Below the pieces are notes generated by a model that worked only from the letters and a program-made list of their open reading frames with translations, was not told the origin of the DNA and did not search any database. A stretch of DNA of 64,000 bases from Chamaesiphon sp. (GTDB lineage Bacteria > Cyanobacteriota > Cyanobacteriia > Cyanobacteriales > Chamaesiphonaceae). The stretch covers positions 1 through 64,000 of the forward strand of contig CBDFFH010000002.1 in the NCBI GenBank assembly GCA_965246715.1, read 5' to 3'. This document shows positions 40,235-51,019 of this stretch, piece by piece (position 1 is the first letter of the stretch; each line of letters begins with the position of its first letter). Position numbers and translations under genes: made by a program.

Positions 40235-41302
40235 CTATCTCGAGCCGACAAGATGGCCATTATGGACGAATTTATCTGCCAAAACCTTTTGATATACAGC
40301 TTCGTAGCCTGCGGTCATTTGAGCGACGCTAAAGCGGTGGGCGACATATTCGCGACAGCCTGCGCGCGAGATCTTCGGAATTTTCGCTACCGCTGCGATA
40401 CAGTCGGCGACGGTATTGCAGATATAACCACTGACTCCATCGACAATAATTTCCGGCACCGAACCGAGATTCATGGCAATGACGGGCGTACCCGCCGCCA
40501 TCGATTCGATCGTGACTAGCCCAAATGGTTCCCGCCAATTAATTGGGAATAACGTGGCAATCGCTCGACCCATCAGTTCGTTTTTCATCAAGTGGTCGGC
40601 TTCACCCAAAAACTGAATCTGCACGCCGTCGATGTGTGGCTCGATCTCCTGCTGGAAATATGCCACATCGACAGGATCGACTTTGCCAGCCATTTTCAAG
40701 GGGATACCGGTTGCTTTGGCAATCTCGATCGCTCGATCGGGGCCTTTTTCAGGCGAGATCCGGCCGAGAAATGCTAGATAAACAGGTTCGTCAGCAGTTG
40801 GGAAGAAATGATGCGAACTGACATCGATGCTGTTGTAAACCGTTGCGACATGATTTAAGCCCAGCCGATCTTCCCGCTGGGCATTGGAAATGCTGACATA
40901 CGGTTGCGTCTTGGCATAAGCGAACATCTTCTCATTGTCTGGAGTGAAGATGCCATGCAGTGTGTGAATTGTCGGCGTTTTGGTCAGTTTGCTATAAGGT
41001 AGCGCCGCGCAGCCCATATGTGAGTGAATCAGATCGAACTCTCCAGCTCGTTCGTACACCTGAGCTAACTGGAGCATTTCATAAATGCCAGGTTCCACGA
41101 TCGTGGGATCTAACCGTAATGCTTGAGGATGGATCGACTCTAGTTTCGCGGCGGTAATCGAATCTCCCGATGCAAATAGAGTAACGTCATGCCCTCTGGC
41201 GACTAACTCATCTGTTAATAGTCCGACTACTAATTCTATCCCTCCATATGCTGGTGGGGGAACCCGTTCCCACAAAGGTGCAATTTGGGCAATTTTCATC
41301 AT
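40235..41302 (-). CDS. GT4 glycosyltransferase
   Basis: VPP.AYGGIE, GRISPEKG, W.EPFGLV.IESMA.GTP. Confidence 0.9.
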   Translation of the reverse strand: MMKIAQIAPLWERVPPPAYGGIELVVGLLTDELVARGHDVTLFASGDSITAAKLESIHPQALRLDPTIVEPGIYEMLQLAQVYERAGEFDLIHSHMGCAALPYSKLTKTPTIHTLHGIFTPDNEKMFAYAKTQPYVSISNAQREDRLGLNHVATVYNSIDVSSHHFFPTADEPVYLAFLGRISPEKGPDRAIEIAKATGIPLKMAGKVDPVDVAYFQQEIEPHIDGVQIQFLGEADHLMKNELMGRAIATLFPINWREPFGLVTIESMAAGTPVIAMNLGSVPEIIVDGVSGYICNTVADCIAAVAKIPKISRAGCREYVAHRFSVAQMTAGYEAVYQKVLADKFVHNGHLVGSR

Positions 41303-42064
41303 AATTCTCCTGAATATTGTGAGCTATTCAGTGAGTGGAACTGCATAATCTCGCTAATCTATTTAGATTAAACATCGCTATCCGAGCGATTGAAAATGGC
41401 TCTACCTACACTAATAACTCAATAAAACTATCTCGAATGAACTTAGATCGAGAGTGTAAGAACTTGTGCCAGCAATACTTGTAGCTATTGCAGCTCTTAC
41501 TATTTAGTTTTGTGTTTATTTTGTTAAAGTAACTTAACTATAGATGTAAAACCTTGTTACTGCAATAATCTTAACAAAATCTTTATATTTTAGATTTTAA
41601 TAAATTCTCTGCTGTAAATATCTCGATACTGCCTTGGATTCAGCGATTTTTACAGCTAAAAAGACATGTGTTTTAGTACATCGATCTGCGCTAACGCTCG
41701 AATGAATCGATCGATTTGTCGCGATTATTTGCAGCGTAAGTAATATTTAATACCGCTCGATTCTCTTAATTCTAAAGGAGCGGCTTTAGCACCAGTATGG
41801 GGACACCAACGCGGATGCATTTTGGTATGGCTACTGCCGATCGACAGGGGTGGTGCCATCCACGTAAAAACAGCAAATCGCTAGCGTGAAACTACCATTT
41901 CAAAACCACCCAAGCTACAGCGGGGTGTCTACCCCATCCCAATCTCCCGACCCAATTCTCGCCAGGGCCGATCGCCAATGGCTTGCATCGCAGCTCTGAA
42001 AATCTCGATCGAGTGCTTGACATATTCCCATATACCTGTGATATGATGAATAGTGTTATCGCAA

Positions 42065-42136
42065 TGGGGTGTCGCCAAGTGGTAAGGCATCTGGTTTTGG
42101 TCCAGACATTCCGAGGTTCGAATCCTTGCACCCCAG
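42065..42136 (+). tRNA. tRNA-Gln(TTG)
   Basis: TGGGGTG/CACCCCA acceptor stem; anticodon arm TCTGG-TTTTGGT-CCAGA; GGTTCGAATCC; TTGACA 42017 and TATGAT 42042 upstream. Confidence 0.97.
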
Positions 42137-42223
42137 TTAGAATTACAGTCCAACTATTTCAGTCAGAGTTCGATTGCGTATACTCTGGCTGACTGTGGTA
42201 TTAAGCAAAGGAATAGTAACTGT

Positions 42224-43036
42224 ATGAATGCTACGCGAATTCTCGCCCTAGATTTTGATGGGACGATCTGCGATGGAATGGCGGAGTATTGGCAGACGGC
42301 ATGGCGGACTTATACCCAGGTATGGCAGCTCGACAGGTTAGAGCCGTCGGCGGGAGTTGCCGAAAAATTCCGAGAATTGCGCCCGCTGATTGAAGTAGGT
42401 TGGGAAATGCCTGTATTGATTCGGGCACTGACATTAGGTATTTCTACTGAGCGCATGGTAAGTTCTTGGCAGCGGATTCGCGATCGAATCTTAGCAGACA
42501 GTCGGCTCAGTGGGGTCAAAGTCAGTCAGCAGTTGGATTTGGTGCGGGATACGTGGATTCAGCAAGATCTAGCAAGCTGGTTGCGATTGCACCAATTTTA
42601 CCCTGGGGTCGTCGATACACTCAACTCCCTGCCCGGTCGCAAAATTCAGCCAATTATTATCACTACCAAAGAAAGTCGCTTCGTCTCCCAACTTCTACAA
42701 GAGCAAGGGATCGAGCTAGCTAGTGAATTTATTTGGGGGAAAGAACTCAAGCGCAGTAAGACAGATAGCCTCAAAACGATCCTCGATCGCGGTGCGAAAA
42801 AATCGCCGACGGTGTGGTTCGTGGAAGATAAACTGAGTACGTTGGCAAAAATTGCGTCTCAGCCCGAGCTAGAAGCAGTCAAGTTATACTTAGCAGACTG
42901 GGGCTATAATACCACCGCCGAGCGGGAATCGGTGTCGCAACAATCGCGGATTCAAATGCTATCGCTGTCTGACTTACCGACACTCGGTGGCGAAGCGAAG
43001 AAAACCGCCGCAGTTAAAGCAACCTTACCAGTTTGA
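42224..43036 (+). CDS. HAD family hydrolase
   Basis: LDFDGTICD, TTK, FVEDK, LADWGYN. Confidence 0.88.
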   Translation: MNATRILALDFDGTICDGMAEYWQTAWRTYTQVWQLDRLEPSAGVAEKFRELRPLIEVGWEMPVLIRALTLGISTERMVSSWQRIRDRILADSRLSGVKVSQQLDLVRDTWIQQDLASWLRLHQFYPGVVDTLNSLPGRKIQPIIITTKESRFVSQLLQEQGIELASEFIWGKELKRSKTDSLKTILDRGAKKSPTVWFVEDKLSTLAKIASQPELEAVKLYLADWGYNTTAERESVSQQSRIQMLSLSDLPTLGGEAKKTAAVKATLPV

Positions 43037-43130
43037 TCTCGATCGAACCAGGTTAGAGCGGCGATCTCTATTTTTTAATGCCTCGCTCTCCAGATCCTCG
43101 AATTCTTGAAGAATTCGGGGATATTTAATT

Positions 43131-43263
43131 GGCGTTGCTGAATATAGGTATGATTCTTTGTAGGGGTGCCCCTTGTGGGTACCCTGAATCGATGCGGGGT
43201 AAGCACGAGGCATTACCCCTACAAAAATTGTTTGTGCGTTTCATATATTAATTCAGCAACGCC
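43131..43263. mobile_element. 133-bp MITE, copy 3
   Basis: Same TIRs; perfect TSD ATTTAATT. Confidence 0.92.
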
Positions 43264-43540
43264 ATTTAATTTTAGAGATATTTCAATACTTCTCGGATCG
43301 GAACTGCTAGCGACTGAAGTCGCTGCTAGTTACGCAAAGTCTGCCTTCGCGGACTAGTTAATCAGTCCGCGAAGGCAGGCTTTTGCCGCTCGCGGCAACA
43401 ACCGGAGTTTGTAATCTTAGCCCCGATTTCAATCGAGGGCAGTACTAGAACGTAGCAACTATTCTTAACCCGTTGGCGTAGCCTCTCCGCTAGAAGAAAC
43501 TGACGGTAAATTAGGTTCCTAACGAGTGGCGCTAACGCTT

Positions 43541-44833
43541 TCACACAAATAAGCGTAGCAAAGTAAAGATACTAGCACTAAGTAGTGAAGCGATCGGAAT
43601 TGTCACGATCCAGGCTAAACCGATCGATTTGAGAGTATCGAGGCGCACATCTTGCCAATTTTTCACCAGTCCTACGCCCACCACCGCACCGACTAAAGCA
43701 TGGGAAGTCGAGACAGGTAAACCCAATCGGGAGGCAATCAAAATCGTCGCAGCGGTGGCAAGTTCGGCCGCAAACCCACTACTAGGTTCGAGTTTGATAA
43801 TTCCCTCGCCGATCGTGGCAATAACGCGCTCGCCCCAAATTGCTAAGCCAGTGACGATCCCGATTCCACCGAGTACGAGTACCCACAGCGGAATTTCGAG
43901 ATTGGCGAGTGGGACGGTACCAGTTTTTTGGATGAAGAGGATCGTGGCTAAGGGCGCGATCGCATTACCGACATCATTGGAGCCATGAGCAAACGCCACG
44001 CAGCACGCACTCAGGAGCTGAAATCTCGCTAATTGTCGCTCGACAATCTTGCGTGCATCCAAGTTGCTAGCTAATTGCATCGGTGAGGGGATGAGTTCGT
44101 CGTCTGGCAATTTAGTTGTCAAGCGATCTTCAGCTAGTTTGCGCCAGCCGACGAGTGTAATTGCTAAAGCAGCCAGCCCACCCAATCCCAGGGCAAAATC
44201 ATGGCGGGGAACTGCGGGGAGAAAATCTAACGGGAGAGTTTCAACGACGGGTGGTAAGACAATTACCCCAAATACACCAACGAGAATCAGTGATAACCAC
44301 GGCATCCAAGTATCGATTTGCACCAGTGGTTCGTCGCGATCGAGAATCCAATATTTAATCAGCGAATAAAAGCCCGCCGCCACCACTGCGCTTACTACCG
44401 GAGTAACCACCCATGCCAAGGAAATTACGCCCAATGCCGACCATGATACTGCCTGTGCGCCTGCGGCAACCCAGCTGAATCCAGCGATCGCACCCACAAC
44501 TGCATGGGAAGACGCAACGGGTAAGTTTTTGGTAGTAGCAATTTGCAACCACAAGCCACAACTAATCAGTACCGCGATCGTCCCGATTAATAATGTTTGT
44601 GGTTGGGTGATAAAAACATCAGGATTTGTGATACTAGTAGCTAGAGTTGAAGCCACCTGTCTGCCAAATAATACCGCACCGGTAAACTCTAAAATTCCGG
44701 CAATGACGATCGCTTGTTTGAGCGTCACAGCTTTAGATCCGACAGAAGTTCCCATCGAGTTGGCAACATCATTAGCACCGAGATTGCAAGCAACATAAAA
44801 TGCTAGAAAGCAGACAAACACAAGAAATAACAT
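43541..44833 (-). CDS. Inorganic phosphate transporter (PiT family)
   Basis: GANDVANSMGT, HGSNDVGNA, GLPVSTSH. Confidence 0.92.
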   Translation of the reverse strand: MLFLVFVCFLAFYVACNLGANDVANSMGTSVGSKAVTLKQAIVIAGILEFTGAVLFGRQVASTLATSITNPDVFITQPQTLLIGTIAVLISCGLWLQIATTKNLPVASSHAVVGAIAGFSWVAAGAQAVSWSALGVISLAWVVTPVVSAVVAAGFYSLIKYWILDRDEPLVQIDTWMPWLSLILVGVFGVIVLPPVVETLPLDFLPAVPRHDFALGLGGLAALAITLVGWRKLAEDRLTTKLPDDELIPSPMQLASNLDARKIVERQLARFQLLSACCVAFAHGSNDVGNAIAPLATILFIQKTGTVPLANLEIPLWVLVLGGIGIVTGLAIWGERVIATIGEGIIKLEPSSGFAAELATAATILIASRLGLPVSTSHALVGAVVGVGLVKNWQDVRLDTLKSIGLAWIVTIPIASLLSASIFTLLRLFV

Positions 44834-44995
44834 TGCGCTAGCGATGAGGTGAGTAAAATTAATCCATTGGTGTCGTCAATTTTAACCCAGCAATAACGGC
44901 AGATGAGGCGATCCAGATCGATCGACACAAACCAAGCGCGATATTAGGGTAGAGCGGCTCTGCCAAAGATTCATAACCGATAATTCCTAATTTTT

Positions 44996-45256
44996 ATGGC
45001 ACAACACAATCCCCATAGCATTCAACTCCAAATCAATCGGATGTTCGAGAGCGGTCAATCATTATTTGCGATAACCAAAGTTCAAGATTGGCTCAAACAA
45101 AGAAATGAAGATCCCAACGATTACGAAATTATCTTTAACAAACAACCCGCACCTGTCGGTTCGCGAGCGGTGATGACCGTCACCACCCAATTGCGCCGTA
45201 AAGATGGACAAACTGTCGATGAATGGTTATTAACTCAGTTAAACGATCTGGCATAG
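44996..45256 (+). CDS. Hypothetical protein
   Basis: 86-aa ORF with ATG and normal composition. Confidence 0.6.
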   Translation: MAQHNPHSIQLQINRMFESGQSLFAITKVQDWLKQRNEDPNDYEIIFNKQPAPVGSRAVMTVTTQLRRKDGQTVDEWLLTQLNDLA

Positions 45257-45284
45257 CTTGACAATCGATCGGCAAAGATTGACG

Positions 45285-46089
45285 ATGAACACAATATCAA
45301 ACACTCCTGCTACTTTCATGTTCGATCGCAAGGTTACACCGCTACCACAATTCGAGATTCTAGATCAACCAGTAAATCTAGCTGATGATTATGTCGGCTG
45401 GTTGGTCGATCGGCTCCAACAGGGAATTGGCAGCCATGTTGTCACTATGAATGCCGAGATCGTCATTTATGCAAATCAACACCCTGAATTCGCCCAAATC
45501 GTTCGACAAGGCAGACTTAATCACACCAGATGGTTCGGGGATTATTTTAGCCTTGCGGTTACATGGGATCGTGCAGCGTAAGTATGCCGGGATCGAGCTG
45601 GGTGAAGATCTATTGCGGTTAGCTGGTAAACCAGAGCATAATTATCCGGTTTTTTTCTATGGTGGCAAACCCCAAGTAGTCGAAAAAGCCGCGAAAAAGT
45701 GGCAAACCGATTTGCCGGATCTAAATATTGTTGGTGTCCAGCATGGTTACCTCAACCCCGAGGAACAAGCCAAACTCGAACACCAATTGACCGTTACCCA
45801 ACCCAAAATTATTCTGGTAGCAATGGGGGTACCGCGTCAGGAGATGTGGATTCGCGAACATTTTCATTTGTGTCCGCAGTCAATTTGGATCGGTGTCGGT
45901 GGCAGCTTTGATGTCTGGTCGGGAGTGAAAAAACGTGCGCCGCAACTAATTCGTAATTTGAATTTAGAATGGTGCTATCGGACGCTTCAAGAGCCTAGCC
46001 GCTGGCGGAGAACGCTGGCCTTACCCCAATTTGCAGTACTGGCATTAGGTGAGAGAATTTGGCGCAAGGGTAAGCTAGTACCGAATTAG
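45285..46089 (+). pseudogene. WecB/TagA/CpsF glycosyltransferase with a +1 frameshift near 45510 (possibly a sequencing error)
   Basis: HVVTMNAE...IVRQ in one frame continues as ADLITPDG...MGVPRQE...GVGGSFD in another. Confidence 0.75.
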
Positions 46090-46396
46090 GGCGCGTTATT
46101 AGCGATCGAGTAGCAAGAGCGGTTACGCTACAGTATGTTCGCTCGGTCGCTCGCGCCAATATCCTCCCCACCAAGAACGCGGATCGAGCTTACTGGCCAC
46201 AAGCGTCCGAGCGGTTAAACGGAATAGAGCATTCTGGCAATCCTGAATGTTTGCGAATCGATCTTTAGTCGCTGTCCCGCTGCCGTTGTTATGGTCGCAG
46301 CCTCTTGTAGAAATCGCTCGATCTCGATCTCTAGCGACTATGCCCGATCCGGTTAAACTGGAGACAGAGTTCCGATCGTTCTTCATTCTTGGTTTC

Positions 46397-47722
46397 ATGT
46401 CCCTACCTGCGGAATTATTCCTAGTTTTCGTACTGATTTTGGTCAATGGCATCTTTGTGATGTCGGAGATGGCGATCGTTTCAGTCCGAAAAGTTAGATT
46501 GCAACAATTGGCGAATCAAGGCGACCGCCGTGCGAAAATCGCCCTAGACTTGTCACAAACGCCCAATCGTTTTTTGCCGACAGTACAGGTCGGCATCACC
46601 TTGATGGCGATTTTGTCGGGTGCTAGAGGTGAAAGTGCAATTTCGCGAGCCGTGACACCACTGTTGGAAAATATGCTGCCGCCACAATACAGCGAACCGA
46701 TTGCTTCAGTGCTAGCGATCGTCATTATTACCTATCTCACCCTCGTCATCGGCGAATTAGTACCCAAGCAATTAGCCTTAAATAGCCCCGAACGCATTGC
46801 GAGTCTGGTTGCTTTTCCGATCGATCTGCTCGCAAAATCTTCTACACCACTGAATATCGTCCTGAGCGGCTCTACCAATTTTGTCGTCAAACTCCTGGGA
46901 ATCAGGCCGTCGAGCGAGCCAGATGTCACTGAAGAAGAAATCAAGGTGATGATCGAGCAGGGTACCGAAACTGGGATGTTTGAGGAATCCGAGCAGAATA
47001 TGGTCGAAGGAGTATTGAGTTTAGGCGATCTCAAAATTGGTGCGCTGATGACACCCCGCCCCGATATTACCTGGATCGATATCGAAGATCCGCTCGCACT
47101 CACCCGTCAGACGATTATCGATAGCGGTTATTCACGATTGCCTGTGTGTGAAGGCGAACTCGATCGGGTGTTGGGAGTCATTCATGTTGCCGATCTGCTC
47201 TCTCAAACCTTACGTGGCGAAGAACTCAATTTGACATCTTTACGTCAACCGCTATTTATTCCTGAGAGTACGCGCGGATTGAAAGTATTAGAGCAGTTTA
47301 AAAAATTTGGCACGCATATTGCGATGGTGGTCGATGAATATGGGGTAATCCAAGGGTTGGTTACCATGCACGATCTATTTGAAGAGATCGTCGGCGATAT
47401 GACCGACTCAAATGAAGAACCCGAAGAACCTCAAATCATCCAGCGCGAGGATGGTTCGTGGCTACTGGATGGAATGCTGTCGATCGAAGAATTTCTCGAT
47501 CGCTTCGATATTCCCGAAACCGAAATGGTCGATCGAGGTAACTATCATACGCTCGGTGGTTTTGCGATCATGCAATTAGGCAGAATTCCGATTTCTGGCG
47601 AACATTTTGAATGGCAAGAATTAAAATTTGAAATCGTCGACATGGATGGTAAAAGAGTCGATAAAGTATTAGTTAAAATGCCCGACGATCGCGAACATGC
47701 GACAGAAAAGAGCGATCGCTAA
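46397..47722 (+). CDS. Hemolysin/CNNM family protein (DUF21-CBS-CorC)
   Basis: NG.F..SE.A.VS, GELVPK, MTPR, VVDEYG, TLGGF. Confidence 0.92.
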   Translation: MSLPAELFLVFVLILVNGIFVMSEMAIVSVRKVRLQQLANQGDRRAKIALDLSQTPNRFLPTVQVGITLMAILSGARGESAISRAVTPLLENMLPPQYSEPIASVLAIVIITYLTLVIGELVPKQLALNSPERIASLVAFPIDLLAKSSTPLNIVLSGSTNFVVKLLGIRPSSEPDVTEEEIKVMIEQGTETGMFEESEQNMVEGVLSLGDLKIGALMTPRPDITWIDIEDPLALTRQTIIDSGYSRLPVCEGELDRVLGVIHVADLLSQTLRGEELNLTSLRQPLFIPESTRGLKVLEQFKKFGTHIAMVVDEYGVIQGLVTMHDLFEEIVGDMTDSNEEPEEPQIIQREDGSWLLDGMLSIEEFLDRFDIPETEMVDRGNYHTLGGFAIMQLGRIPISGEHFEWQELKFEIVDMDGKRVDKVLVKMPDDREHATEKSDR

Positions 47723-47835
47723 TCAGTAGTTGGACTGTGATTGGCTGTCAAAAACCCACCTTCGGTAATTGCCGACATTTTCAAAGCGGAGAGCAATCGC
47801 GATATTATAGAGATGAACTCTATCCGATCGATGGC

Positions 47836-48258
47836 ATGACCTTTACTTTATTTGGTCGCTGGCAAATTCGAGTTTTATTATTAGCGACAGTGGGATTGGT
47901 GCTGACGATCGGGATGGCAATTAAAGCTGGCGGTGCGCTCGCCGGACAAACAGTACTCATGTTGCTGTATTTAGGTCTATTTGGATTGGTGTGGGATGCG
48001 ATCTACCATCAATTGCAACGATTGCGCTGGGATGGCGATTGGAATGGGTTGTTGCAATTGGGTGGGGCGATTTGGGAAGGAATCTTTCTCGTGATGTCGA
48101 TCGAGTTGGGATTGCCAGGAATCGATCGAGTTCACTTCAATCTGGCTGGCTTTATCGGGTTCTATACCCTACTGTGCGTTCTAAATTTTGTCGTCACTCA
48201 CTCGCTGTTGCGAATTCTCTCACCATATTCGCGCTTCAATGGGGGACAATGGTTCTAG
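47836..48258 (+). CDS. Hypothetical membrane protein
   Basis: Four hydrophobic segments; RWDGDW. Confidence 0.65.
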   Translation: MTFTLFGRWQIRVLLLATVGLVLTIGMAIKAGGALAGQTVLMLLYLGLFGLVWDAIYHQLQRLRWDGDWNGLLQLGGAIWEGIFLVMSIELGLPGIDRVHFNLAGFIGFYTLLCVLNFVVTHSLLRILSPYSRFNGGQWF

Positions 48259-48350
48259 TCTAATCGTGGCTAGCGTTGCTCGCTCGTCCTCGATCGATCG
48301 GACAGTGTAAGTTTAGTTCGCAATCGTCCCATCAATTTTATCAAAATTTT

Positions 48351-48785
48351 ATGTTAAATCGCACGATCGCGACATTTGCTGCGGCGGTAATGCTATTTAT
48401 GGCTAGTTGGACGATCTCGCCGACAGCTTTGGCAATCACGCCGATCTCGCTCAAAGATCTCAGTTATAAAGATTGTCCGTCGGATGTTGCTGCAGGTGCT
48501 GTAACCAGTGGCGGCGTGACACAAGAAGCTAGTTGTTTCTTGATCGTGGGCAAAGCGGAAAACAAATCGGGCAAAGATGTCTATGATGTCGATGTCTTTG
48601 GCAGGATCTATGATGCCGACAATAATAATGTCCTACCAAATCGGGGACGTGTGGGTCTGATCGATCGGGTCGTTCCCGGAACTAGTGATTTTGAGATGCG
48701 AATTACCGTTCCCGAAAATTTGTCATTACCATTGCAACTAAAAAAATTTAAGGCATCGGGATTTACTACTAAAATCAGACAATAA
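48351..48785 (+). CDS. Hypothetical exported protein
   Basis: Signal peptide ending ALA; VFGRIYDA. Confidence 0.7.
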   Translation: MLNRTIATFAAAVMLFMASWTISPTALAITPISLKDLSYKDCPSDVAAGAVTSGGVTQEASCFLIVGKAENKSGKDVYDVDVFGRIYDADNNNVLPNRGRVGLIDRVVPGTSDFEMRITVPENLSLPLQLKKFKASGFTTKIRQ

Positions 48786-49027
48786 ATCAGCAATTTGACT
48801 GACAAAACTTTGGTGTTAGCGGTTGTTTGCTTAACTCTTCCGTAGGGTAAACGCTAGTAGATAAACAAAACCCGCCTGCGCGGGTTAAGAGAATATTTAG
48901 TCTCCGAAGGTGGGCTTTGACGATCTAGCGCGTTTTCGAGCGCCAGCTCTCAAATGACTCATCCAGTCTCGAACGATATTTATTAGATTTTTGCTAACAA
49001 ATAGGTTGAGTTAATAGTATGAATTTT

Positions 49028-49300
49028 CTAAGCGTTGCGGGTAACTAAACTCCACAGGAAGATCGCTACCATCGAACCCAGTACCGCAAAAATCAATGAA
49101 GGAATTAAGGTGCCAGTGGCAACAGCGCCAATGGCGAATCTACCTGTTGTAATCAAAGTATATAGAGTACCACCGACAAAAGCGCCGACAATACCTAAGA
49201 CCATTGTCGAAAGAATTCCGCCGCCTTGAGTACCAGGATAAATCAATTTGGCGAGTGCGCCAGCTACTAAACCGAGTACTGCCCAACCAATAATCTGCAT
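49028..49300 (-). CDS. GlsB/YeaQ/YmgE family membrane protein
   Basis: GLVAGALAK.I.PG...LGIVGAFVGG. Confidence 0.85.
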   Translation of the reverse strand: MQIIGWAVLGLVAGALAKLIYPGTQGGGILSTMVLGIVGAFVGGTLYTLITTGRFAIGAVATGTLIPSLIFAVLGSMVAIFLWSLVTRNA

Positions 49301-49439
49301 AGCATTAATGCTCCATTTCTAGTGTTTAGGTCGATGCCTTATCTTACCAATTTTAATTGAATGCTAAAACTAGCTTAAAGATCGGTTTTCCCTATTCTAG
49401 CCGATCGGTCTAGTTCGCTTCGGATGGGTTAATTAATTC

Positions 49440-50774
49440 TTAACTTTTAGCACCAAATCCAGTCTTTTTAGGCGGCGATTTAGTCTTAGCTTTATCTTTA
49501 CTCACTTCGAGGACTGCTGCTTGAAACAGCTCGTGTAAATGAACCGGCACGCTAGCTAAATCGGGCAAATCTGGTTCCAGATATTTATTAAATTTTGTCA
49601 GTAACGAGTCTAAATCTGTTGCTAGATTAAAGTCTGGTTGTTGGACGATCTGACCGATCGCGGTTTGGAGCTGTTGGGGAAACCGCGCTGCCAAGCGTCG
49701 CCAGACAAATGTATTATTTTGGGGATCGGTGAGACATTTGTGGATAAAATTCAGCTCTGCGGGCAAATAGTGCGGATTGACAGGTGCCAAGAGCGTCTGC
49801 AAGCGCGGATAATCTGCCAAAAACATTTGGCCCCAATATTCATGACTCAGCGCGGTGACGGCAACTGCTTGTTGCAACTGCTTGGGAATCTCGACCTTAG
49901 GCGATACCATCTTGTCAGTGGCAGTTTTTGACCCTTGGGAGCTATCCGTTTCGGTCATGCCGAGGGTTTGGGTCAAAGCTTGTAACTCTTCGGTGGAGAC
50001 CCCCGCATCGTTGGCAATTTCAGCGATCGATTTCGATCGATCGACTCCCGCTGCATCCATCTGCCGATCGGTAATCCAGGTCTGAAATTCACCGATCCGC
50101 GTTTGGAGTTCTCTCCCAGACAGCGTCAGTTCGTCAGTGCCAAAAAATTCGACAAATCGATCGTGATAGATGGCGACTGATTCCCAAGCAGCAGCTAGCA
50201 GTTCGGGTGCATTACTGTAAAGATAATGCGGGTAATTTTGGCGAAAAGCACCGATTGCCACGGCTAATTTCGGTCTACCCAATCGCCCTAGCGAGATCCA
50301 AGGTGCTAAAATCGCCCAATCGATACCGACAATCGGACTGAGCTGGGCGATAATCACCTCTCCTACCTTCAATCGGGTGGTTGCAGCCTGAGCCTGGGCA
50401 TCGGCAAATTGGATGCGATAGTGCTTGGCAGTCAGCCAATTTCGCACTTCCAAGCCATTGGGGTAGATTTCGACGATCGCCATCAGTCCGACAAAGCTGC
50501 GCCGCCAACTCTCGATCCGCTGACGATCGGTTGGTGTCAGCTCTGGACGACTGTCCAGAAACAAGTCGAGCAAGGGACGACCTTCAACTTCCCCCTCGAT
50601 CGCAAATCGATGCACGATCAGTTTCCGTTGTCCCGGATCTAGTTGCGGATTGCGGATTAGTTGCCTCGCAGTAAAGCTTTCTAGCGCTGATGCGACGCTC
50701 CCTTCCGTTGTTTCGATAAACTCGATAATCGATGCCCACAAAATACCAGCTCGGGAGAAGAGAGGATCGAACAT
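49440..50774 (-). CDS. Hypothetical protein
   Basis: Long ORF with KKTGFG C-terminus. Confidence 0.7.
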   Translation of the reverse strand: MFDPLFSRAGILWASIIEFIETTEGSVASALESFTARQLIRNPQLDPGQRKLIVHRFAIEGEVEGRPLLDLFLDSRPELTPTDRQRIESWRRSFVGLMAIVEIYPNGLEVRNWLTAKHYRIQFADAQAQAATTRLKVGEVIIAQLSPIVGIDWAILAPWISLGRLGRPKLAVAIGAFRQNYPHYLYSNAPELLAAAWESVAIYHDRFVEFFGTDELTLSGRELQTRIGEFQTWITDRQMDAAGVDRSKSIAEIANDAGVSTEELQALTQTLGMTETDSSQGSKTATDKMVSPKVEIPKQLQQAVAVTALSHEYWGQMFLADYPRLQTLLAPVNPHYLPAELNFIHKCLTDPQNNTFVWRRLAARFPQQLQTAIGQIVQQPDFNLATDLDSLLTKFNKYLEPDLPDLASVPVHLHELFQAAVLEVSKDKAKTKSPPKKTGFGAKS

Positions 50775-50830
50775 AAGCAACTTTAAATATACACGGTACC
50801 TATTCTCAGTCTACCCTACCCAATTCACCT

Positions 50831-50856
50831 GTAGGGGTGCCCCTTGTGAGTAACCT
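50831..50856 (+). repeat. GTAG-type REP, class B (GTAGGGGTGCCCCTTGTG(A/G)GTA..CT); solo copies also at 52754-52779 and 59783-59808 (minus)
   Basis: Matches the REP half carried inside the MITEs. Confidence 0.8.
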
Positions 50857-51019
50857 AGATCTAAGCTAGTACTTTACTCCCGAAAGCCATTGACTTCGAT
50901 CTTCTTGCGTCGATCGGAAAACCGTATAATAGATGTGAGCCTCGGTCGGCATAAAATGGTAAAGATAGATCGCTTGCCATAAGCCTAAACCCTCTACTCC
51001 GCATCCCAACCTTCTAAGC

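Noticed and set aside
41760..41990. IS-end remnant or sRNA upstream of tRNA-Gln
   Set aside because: A few short hairpins but no second copy, TIR or known motif; no sign of an island integrated at the tRNA
45500..45520. Programmed frameshift in the second WecB gene
   Set aside because: A single extra base with no convincing slippery site; similar +1 events occur elsewhere in the window, so error or mutation is likelier
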